Shown here piece by piece: positions 57,755 to 64,000 of a DNA stretch of 64,000 nucleotides; the stretch's first letter is position 1, and every line of letters starts with the position of its first letter. Location: contig JAGVKQ010000020.1 in NCBI GenBank assembly GCA_020050435.1, positions 140,012-204,011 on the forward strand. Reading direction: 5' to 3'. The notes beneath the pieces were generated by a model that was given only the letters and a program-made list of their open reading frames with translations, made no database searches and was not told where the DNA came from. The translations under genes were made by a program, and so were the position numbers. The DNA comes from Candidatus Caenarcanales bacterium (GTDB lineage Bacteria > Cyanobacteriota > Vampirovibrionia > 2-02-FULL-35-15).

Positions 57755-59095
57755 ATGGTAAATGAAGTAAAAAAATCAGAAAAAGAGATCCACGACTCAA
57801 TTATGTCTCTTATTAAAGAGTGGCATGAAGTAAAGTTTTCAAAAAAAGATTTTAAGCCTGGTGAAACGTACGTAAATTACAGCGGAAGAGTTTTTGATGA
57901 AAAAGAACTTTTAAACCTTATAGACTCCTCCTTGGAGTTCTGGCTAACAGGTGGAAAATATGACAATGAATTTTGTGAAGGCTTATCTAAATATTTAGGT
58001 GTTAAACATGCTCTTACTGTTAACTCAGGATCATCAGCAAATCTACTTGCTTTTTCAGCACTTACTGCACCTGAATTGGACAGGATCAATAAAAGAATAA
58101 TTCCAGGTGATGAATTTATAACAGTAGCAGCTTCATTTCCCACTACAGTTAATCCAGCCATCCAGTTTGGTCTCACACCTGTATTTTTAGACATTGAACT
58201 TGGAACATATAACATTGATATAAATAAACTTGAAGAAGCAATTTCTGAAAAAACAAAATTAATTATGATTGCTCACACCCTAGGCAACCCATTTAACATT
58301 GATGAAGTTATGAAGGTTGCTAAAAAGCATAACCTCTGGGTAATTGAGGATACTTGTGATGCATTAGGAAGCACTTATGATGGAAAGCTCTGTGGCACCA
58401 TAGGAGACATAGGAACACTTAGTTTTTATCCAGCTCATCAAATTACCATGGGTGAAGGTGGAGCAGTAGTAACAAACAATTCGATACTTAAAATGTATCT
58501 AAATAGCTTCAGAGATTGGGGAAGAGACTGCTGGTGTCCATCAGGAAAAGACAATACATGCGGAAAAAGATTTGGATGGGAATTAGGAAGTTTGCCTCCT
58601 GGCTATGACCATAAATATATTTATTCACATATTGGATATAACTTAAAAATTACTGACATGCAAGCTGCGATAGGACTTGCTCAATTAGATAAGCTTGAAT
58701 CATTTATAAGTGCTAGAAAAAGAAATCACAAAGCTATTTATGATGCATTAAAGCCTTTTGAAAATTTTCTTATACTTCATGAAGCTACAAAAAAATCTGA
58801 TCCATGTTGGTTTGGATTTATGATTTATGTCAAACCAGAAGCTCCATTTTCAAAACAAGATTTCGTTCTTTATCTGGAAGAAAACAAAATAGCCACAAGA
58901 AATCTTTTTGCTGGAAACATCTTAAGACAACCTGCTTATGCTGCTCTTAAACACAGAATAGTAGGCGATTTAAAAAACACTGACTTAACTATGAATAATG
59001 CATTTTGGGTGGGTGTTTATCCAGGAATTGATGACAATAGAAGAAATTACATGATTGATCACTTAGTGAAGTTTTGCAAGAAGCATATTACATAG
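57755..59095 (+). CDS. CDP-6-deoxy-D-xylo-4-hexulose-3-dehydrase-like (RfbH/DdhC E1) PMP/PLP-dependent enzyme of the DegT family
   Basis: 446 aa. DegT/DnrJ/EryC1-fold blocks. Context with rfbF/rfbG. Confidence 0.65.
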   Translation: MVNEVKKSEKEIHDSIMSLIKEWHEVKFSKKDFKPGETYVNYSGRVFDEKELLNLIDSSLEFWLTGGKYDNEFCEGLSKYLGVKHALTVNSGSSANLLAFSALTAPELDRINKRIIPGDEFITVAASFPTTVNPAIQFGLTPVFLDIELGTYNIDINKLEEAISEKTKLIMIAHTLGNPFNIDEVMKVAKKHNLWVIEDTCDALGSTYDGKLCGTIGDIGTLSFYPAHQITMGEGGAVVTNNSILKMYLNSFRDWGRDCWCPSGKDNTCGKRFGWELGSLPPGYDHKYIYSHIGYNLKITDMQAAIGLAQLDKLESFISARKRNHKAIYDALKPFENFLILHEATKKSDPCWFGFMIYVKPEAPFSKQDFVLYLEENKIATRNLFAGNILRQPAYAALKHRIVGDLKNTDLTMNNAFWVGVYPGIDDNRRNYMIDHLVKFCKKHIT

Positions 59096-59196
59096 GACTT
59101 GTGCATTTTGTATGCAAACCACATGCCAACGCTTGCTACTCCCAGGGGTCAACGCAATCTTATGGCATATGGTTTGGTTTTGCACAAATCCTATAA

Positions 59197-59928
59197 TCAG
59201 TTTATTAAATTAAACTGCTTCCCAATCAGAAAACAAATAATAAGTGTGACATTATGGCACATATGAATAATTACTGGAGGAATAAGAGAGCCAGTAAGAT
59301 ATCTAGCTAAGCTTAAAACTAAACCATAAGCTATAAATAAAACTACTAAAATCTCTGCATTACCCACATTCATATAATGTGAAAATCCAAAAAGCAGAGA
59401 AGTTAATGCAACTGCAAAGAAGCTGTTTATTTTACTTTGAAAGAATGGAAAAAGAAAGCCACGATAGAAAACTTCCTCTAGGAATGGAGCCAAGATAGCA
59501 CCTACTATTAAAAAAACAAGTCCAACAGGATCCTTAGACATATCAAGTGCATGAAAATCTTTTGGAGCCATGGAAATTAAAATTGGAGAGGAAAGTATAG
59601 GCATTAAGATTCCTACTGCAAGTGATTTTAAGTAAATTTCTTTTGAAACTGGGATAAAAAAGAAACCTTCTTTTAAAGTCTTATTTCGTCTTTTACAGAC
59701 AAAATAATAAATGAGATAGTAATTCAAGAATAAAGAGGGGAAAGACAATAAAGTTCTAAAATGGACAGAAGAAAGAAGACTTGCATACCTGGGAAAAATT
59801 TGTTCAAGAATGTATGGGATTATAAGAATAAAGAGAATTAAACTAAAAAACATTAGAAATAATAAAGAAAAAAAAGCTTTCCAGGAAAGAAAATCATATT
59901 TGCTTTTTTCATCTTTTTTAAAGCACAT
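59197..59928 (-). CDS. CPBP-family intramembrane metalloprotease (CAAX protease / Abi)
   Basis: EEVFYRGFLFPFF ... FSHY ... HMCHN motifs. Multiple TMs. Confidence 0.65.
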   Translation of the reverse strand: MCFKKDEKSKYDFLSWKAFFSLLFLMFFSLILFILIIPYILEQIFPRYASLLSSVHFRTLLSFPSLFLNYYLIYYFVCKRRNKTLKEGFFFIPVSKEIYLKSLAVGILMPILSSPILISMAPKDFHALDMSKDPVGLVFLIVGAILAPFLEEVFYRGFLFPFFQSKINSFFAVALTSLLFGFSHYMNVGNAEILVVLFIAYGLVLSLARYLTGSLIPPVIIHMCHNVTLIICFLIGKQFNLIN

Positions 59929-59957
59929 ATTAATATGATATACGATAAAATAGAACT

Positions 59958-60581
59958 ATGAGTAAGATCTCAATTAATACAAAAGAAATTCCATTTCAAG
60001 ATCGTTACAAACTTTTAATCGGGTCAATTATTCCACGCCCCATCGGTTTCGTTTCCACAATCAGCGAGAATGGCGTTTATAATCTTGCTCCTTTTAGTTT
60101 TTTTAACGGAATCTGTTCAAATCCAATGACTGTTTTATTTTGTCCTGTAATTAGATCATCAGATGGTCAGGAAAAAGATACTTTAAAGAACATAAAAAAC
60201 AATAAAGAGTTTGTAGTAAATATTGTTTCTGAAGAAATCGCTTCTCAGATGAATCAATGCTCAGCAGAATATCCTCCAGATGTAGATGAGTTTAAACAAA
60301 GCGGTCTAACTCCAGAAAAAAGCACGATGGTAAAACCACCTCTTATTAAAGAAGCGAAAATTAGCATGGAATGTAAACTGCATCAATTAGTACAAGTAGG
60401 AGATGGTGGCTTAGGAAGTGCCACTGTTGTTATAGGTGAAGTTATATATTTCCATGCTAATGAAGAAGTCTATAAAGATGGTAAAATAATTTCAAGTAAA
60501 TTAAAACCAATAGGACGTATGGGTGGAGCTGAGTACTGCAAAACTACTGATGTTTTTAGTCTGCCAAGACCAACTTTGTAA
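59958..60581 (+). CDS. flavin reductase-like FMN-binding split-barrel protein
   Basis: 207 aa. IGSIIPRPIGFVSTISENGVYNLAPFSFFN, typical of the flavin reductase domain. Confidence 0.55.
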   Translation: MSKISINTKEIPFQDRYKLLIGSIIPRPIGFVSTISENGVYNLAPFSFFNGICSNPMTVLFCPVIRSSDGQEKDTLKNIKNNKEFVVNIVSEEIASQMNQCSAEYPPDVDEFKQSGLTPEKSTMVKPPLIKEAKISMECKLHQLVQVGDGGLGSATVVIGEVIYFHANEEVYKDGKIISSKLKPIGRMGGAEYCKTTDVFSLPRPTL

Positions 60582-60583
60582 AG

Positions 60584-60601
60584 ACGTTGTATACAACGTC
60601 T
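60584..60601. repeat. perfect 18-bp palindrome gacgttgtatacaacgtc after the flavin reductase stop
   Basis: Read directly. Possible terminator or operator. Confidence 0.5.
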
Positions 60602-60619
60602 CACCAGGAGAATAAGTTA

Positions 60620-62386
60620 GTGAAAGAATTATACGGCTTCATAAATCCAAACGAATTTCGTGAGATTAATCATAAAAAATCCAGAGCTATGACAAATAAA
60701 GTCATAGACTTAAAAACTGCTATTGAAAATTTTGTAAAAGATGGTGACTATTTGGGAATTGGTGGATTTGGAATGGATAGAATTCCATCTGCTGCTCTTC
60801 ATGAAATAGTCAGGCAAAAAAAAAGACATTTAACTTTAGCTGGGCATACAGCCACTCATGATGGGCAAATACTTTGTGCTGGCAATTGTGTAGATAAAGT
60901 AGACGCTGCTTATGTAGTAGGTGTAGAACTACTTGGACTTTCACCAAATTACAGGAGAACTTTTCAAGAAGGAAAAGTAAAAGTAACAGAATGGACAAAT
61001 GCAACATTGGCTTGGAGATATAAAGCAGCTGCTATGGGTCTGTCTTTTTTACCAGTGAGATCTATGTTAGGAACTGAAACTTTTGAAAAGAGCAAAGCTA
61101 TAGAATTTAAATGTCCATTTACTGGTGGAATTTATGCATTGGTTCCAGCATGTTTTCCTGATGTTTCAGTTATTCATGTGCCACGAGCCGATATTTATGG
61201 AAATTGTCAAATTGATGGAATAACAGTCTCTGATTATGATGTAGCAAGAGCATCTAAAAAAGTAATAATTACAACTGAAGAAATAATTGAAACGGATGAA
61301 ATTAGAAAAAATCCAGAAAGAACAATAATCCCATTTTACTGTGTGGATGCTGTAGTTCATGTCCCATATGGTTCTTTCCCAGGGAATATGCCTGGAATGT
61401 ACTATTTAGATATTGAACATTTAGGTGAATGGAATGAAGCAGAAAAAAGTGAAGAATCACTAAATAAATTTCTTGATAATTATATTTATAATGTTAAAGA
61501 CTGGAAAGAATATTTAGAAAGATGTGGTGGAAAGAAAAGGTTACAGGAATTGAGATCGATTGAATTGTTAGAAAACCAACCGTCAACAACAAACCATAAT
61601 CAATCAACCATCGAACACAAACCCTACAACATGACAGAATTCATGATTTGTGCAGCATCCAGGGTTCTTGAAGACAATAAAACCATTGTTGTCGGAACAG
61701 GGCTTCCTATGCTGGCTGCCATGCTCGCTCAAAAAACTCATACACCAAACCTTTTAATGATGTTTGAAGCAGGGGGAGTCGCTCCACTGCTTCCAGCACT
61801 TCCAATGTCAGTTGGTGATTCCAGAACACAATATAAAACACTTCTTTCTACTAGCATGCCTGAAATTATGGAAACATGTGCAAGAGGTCTTGTAGATTAT
61901 GCATTTTTAGGTGGGGCTCAAATAGACAAGTATGGAAATTTAAACTCTACAATAATAGGACCTAACTATGAAAAACCAAAAGTAAGATTACCTGGAAGCG
62001 GGGGTGCAAATGACTTAGCATCGCTTTGCTGGAACACTATCATTATTATGAAAATGGATAAGAAAAAATTCGTAGAAAAGTTAGATTTCCTAACTACGCC
62101 TGGCTATTTAAGTGGACCTAATTCCAGAGAAAAAGCTGGACTACCACCAGATACCGGTCCATTTAAAGTAATCACAGACTGTTGTATTTTTAACTTTGAT
62201 AAAGAAACAAAAGAAATGCAAATAGAAAGTTTACATCCTGGAATTAGTTTAGAAGATGTACAGAATAATTGTTCGTTCAAATTAAAAACTACAAACAAAA
62301 AACCACTAATCACACAAGAACCAACAAAAAGGGAACTTGAAATACTTAGAAAAGAAATTGATCCTAAGGGGCAAATAATTTCGTAA
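60620..62386 (+). CDS. family I CoA-transferase with fused alpha and beta subunits (glutaconate/3-oxoacid CoA-transferase type)
   Basis: N-half LGIGGFGMDRIPSAAL. Low-complexity linker ENQPSTTNHNQSTIEHKP. C-half MICAASRVLEDNKTIVVGTGLP. GTG start with SD aggag. Confidence 0.55.
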   Translation: MKELYGFINPNEFREINHKKSRAMTNKVIDLKTAIENFVKDGDYLGIGGFGMDRIPSAALHEIVRQKKRHLTLAGHTATHDGQILCAGNCVDKVDAAYVVGVELLGLSPNYRRTFQEGKVKVTEWTNATLAWRYKAAAMGLSFLPVRSMLGTETFEKSKAIEFKCPFTGGIYALVPACFPDVSVIHVPRADIYGNCQIDGITVSDYDVARASKKVIITTEEIIETDEIRKNPERTIIPFYCVDAVVHVPYGSFPGNMPGMYYLDIEHLGEWNEAEKSEESLNKFLDNYIYNVKDWKEYLERCGGKKRLQELRSIELLENQPSTTNHNQSTIEHKPYNMTEFMICAASRVLEDNKTIVVGTGLPMLAAMLAQKTHTPNLLMMFEAGGVAPLLPALPMSVGDSRTQYKTLLSTSMPEIMETCARGLVDYAFLGGAQIDKYGNLNSTIIGPNYEKPKVRLPGSGGANDLASLCWNTIIIMKMDKKKFVEKLDFLTTPGYLSGPNSREKAGLPPDTGPFKVITDCCIFNFDKETKEMQIESLHPGISLEDVQNNCSFKLKTTNKKPLITQEPTKRELEILRKEIDPKGQIIS

Positions 62387-62478
62387 ACCAATCTATATTA
62401 CCGAATTAAATAAATTTAATCTTTTCCCATGATACTCTCCTGTAAAATGTTTATCTATTAACAATTTATAGGATATTT

Positions 62479-64000
62479 ATGCGAGCTTCTCTTCTTTATT
62501 TAACCTTACCTAGACTTCCAGCTATTAGCACAGGAAACACTTCTGAGAGCTCTACCATTATTAGGGCAGAAACGATTCCAGCAAATGAACCTTCAATTGA
62601 AATCTTTACTACAAAAAATTCTATACTAGATATCAATTTAATTTATATTGAAATGGGTCATGAACCTGCCATAAACAAAATTAATGATTTTATAACTCTA
62701 CTTGAAAAAGAGGTCGACTCTACTAATTTTAAAGGAGTCTCTGAGGATGATCAAAACACCTTAGTTCAATTTAAAAGAATGATTCAAAAAGCTAATGTAA
62801 TAGATGTCGATCTAAAAAAAAGATTGGATGGATACCAAGCAAGAATTTTACATTTACAAAATATAATTGCACAAAAAGAAAAAAGCGAAATAAGACTAAT
62901 TAGTTTTGATGAACTGTTTAATGGTCTTTCTAGCAATCAATTAGATGCAATAGGAAAAAATCTATCTATCGTTCAGCTAACAACAGGGTGCTCTGTAGGA
63001 TGTCCGCATTGTAGTGTGAGTGCTTTAAAAGGTGCCAGAAGACATATTTCATGGGATGCGTTAAATGAAATAATTGGTAGATGGGGTGAACATATTGCTG
63101 AAAAAGAAATTTCTTTTTATCACTCATCTGATCCTTTAGACTGGGAAGATCCAGGAAAAGGAAAAAATTATTTTGATGTTTTACAATTAATAGATAGAAA
63201 ACTAAAATATGATCCTACGACTACAACTGCTATACCAAAAGGTAAAGAAGAATTAGCCAAACAAATATGGGAATCGAAATATGAAGTCAGAATATCGCCA
63301 TCAAATATAAATTACACACGCTTAACCAATTTAGGATTTTGGAGTGGGGAAACGATCAAAGAACTAAGAGCCTCATTAAGTAATCCAGGAAATAGTGATT
63401 CAAAACTTATTGGTGAAAAAGATGATATTAATGCAGAAAGAGATCTTACATACCAAGCTGGAAATAGCTATGATTTTGTATCATATATACCAAGTCCTAC
63501 AGTTACATGTGGTGTAATAGTTTCTCCAGATGGAGCCTTTAATACTGCCGTTACTGCAATTACTCCTTTAACACCAAATGGGTATGTAAGATTACCCATA
63601 GAAGAAGGATCTTCTGTATTTCTCAGAGATAATTACAGCCCTCATGCAAGAAGAAATGATTTTGATCTGTTAGCAATTGAAGATATAAGCAATCCAAACA
63701 ACACTGGCATTTCTCTAGATCATCAATACTTTCAAATATTACATGAAGTTATTACAAGATCAATTTTTGATGCTAAGTTAGTTGATCAAAACTCATCACC
63801 CTCTAAAGATCTTTATTTATTTCATCCAAGTCCTTTTAAATCAAAGTTCCTTTCTTCAGATCTTGATTTATTTACAACAGTTACTAGCGCAATGATGTAT
63901 GAATTTACAATCAATCTTTCAATCAGCATTTGGAATAATTCATTAGATGATGAAACCTCTTGCTTTGAAATCGAATCACCATTTAATGAAAAACAATTTT
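62479..64000 (+). CDS. hypothetical protein with CX3CX2C (radical-SAM-like) motif, 3'-truncated by the window end
   Basis: ORF open to the window edge. LTTGCSVGCPHCSVSALKG about 175 aa from the N-terminus. Confidence 0.4.
   Translation, partial: MRASLLYLTLPRLPAISTGNTSESSTIIRAETIPANEPSIEIFTTKNSILDINLIYIEMGHEPAINKINDFITLLEKEVDSTNFKGVSEDDQNTLVQFKRMIQKANVIDVDLKKRLDGYQARILHLQNIIAQKEKSEIRLISFDELFNGLSSNQLDAIGKNLSIVQLTTGCSVGCPHCSVSALKGARRHISWDALNEIIGRWGEHIAEKEISFYHSSDPLDWEDPGKGKNYFDVLQLIDRKLKYDPTTTTAIPKGKEELAKQIWESKYEVRISPSNINYTRLTNLGFWSGETIKELRASLSNPGNSDSKLIGEKDDINAERDLTYQAGNSYDFVSYIPSPTVTCGVIVSPDGAFNTAVTAITPLTPNGYVRLPIEEGSSVFLRDNYSPHARRNDFDLLAIEDISNPNNTGISLDHQYFQILHEVITRSIFDAKLVDQNSSPSKDLYLFHPSPFKSKFLSSDLDLFTTVTSAMMYEFTINLSISIWNNSLDDETSCFEIESPFNEKQF

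Noticed and set aside
1861-60619. N-terminal extensions in the track from TTG/GTG starts: aprB, OMP1, prpD, UDG, the two conserved-N-terminus paralogs, and the CoA-transferase
   Set aside because: In each case an in-frame ATG or GTG with a better SD lies a few codons downstream. Several extensions run into palindromic repeats.
1-64000. CRISPR arrays, tRNA, rRNA, integrase or transposase genes
   Set aside because: I scanned the intergenic gaps for direct-repeat/spacer periodicity and for tRNA-like GC-rich 75-nt segments and found none. No recombinase-like ORF is present, so the palindromic elements appear non-autonomous.

Overview
This is an AT-rich (roughly 33-35% GC) bacterial chromosomal segment, densely coding on both strands. 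I recognise no rRNA, tRNA or CRISPR. I cannot assign the organism with confidence; the content suggests a free-living aerobe with accessory features. The most unusual region is coordinates 150-12700. An AprA/AprB-like flavoprotein-FeS pair (153-2298) is arranged in the non-canonical A-then-B order, is translationally coupled to a small membrane protein, and is followed by two tandem paralogous outer-membrane proteins. Converging on it is a tightly packed operon of about 13 genes on the minus strand (12673 down to 4996). That operon encodes cbb3 oxidase CcoN, a fused CcoO/c-type cytochrome, a diheme cytochrome c lipoprotein, a Tat-dependent Rieske protein, cytochrome b, a second cytochrome-b-like protein fused to a 2x[4Fe-4S] ferredoxin domain, and an MvhD/FlpD-like protein. 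No qmoABC, aprM or sat genes are in the window. I propose this as a candidate undescribed bc-type, Qmo-like electron-transfer module coupled to an APS-reductase-like enzyme. The rest of the window has the following, in order: (1) an alpha-class DNA methyltransferase with no obvious restriction partner. (2) An island at 15400-17280 of repeated promoter/leader modules driving tiny ORFs. (3) acs, rsmG, an orphan atpC, a PhaC-like hydrolase, a sigma factor, glnA, a GNAT protein and a novel NSxG-repeat protein. (4) A vWA protein, acyP, ybdK, obg, two paralogous proteins with a conserved N-terminus, a family-4 UDG, and prpBCD with NMO-like and Eda-like genes. (5) An acyl-CoA synthetase, two tandem TadE/G-like proteins, a small Cys-rich secreted peptide, an EEP-family protein, YceI and BirA. 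(6) A leucine-catabolic cluster (HMG-CoA lyase, enoyl-CoA hydratase, frameshifted mccB, isovaleryl-CoA dehydrogenase). (7) A CDP-dideoxyhexose glycan cluster (rfbF, rfbG, rmlC-like, rfbH-like, and an RmlD-like/GT2 fusion). (8) A CPBP protease, a flavin reductase, a fused CoA-transferase, and a 3'-truncated radical-SAM-like gene. Families of GC-rich nested palindromic elements are scattered through the window: two ~116-bp copies, and a ~109-bp copy inserted in-frame inside the UDG gene. A further short GC palindrome lies exactly at the domain junction of the RmlD/GT2 fusion. These are reminiscent of in-frame palindromic elements known from other AT-rich genomes.
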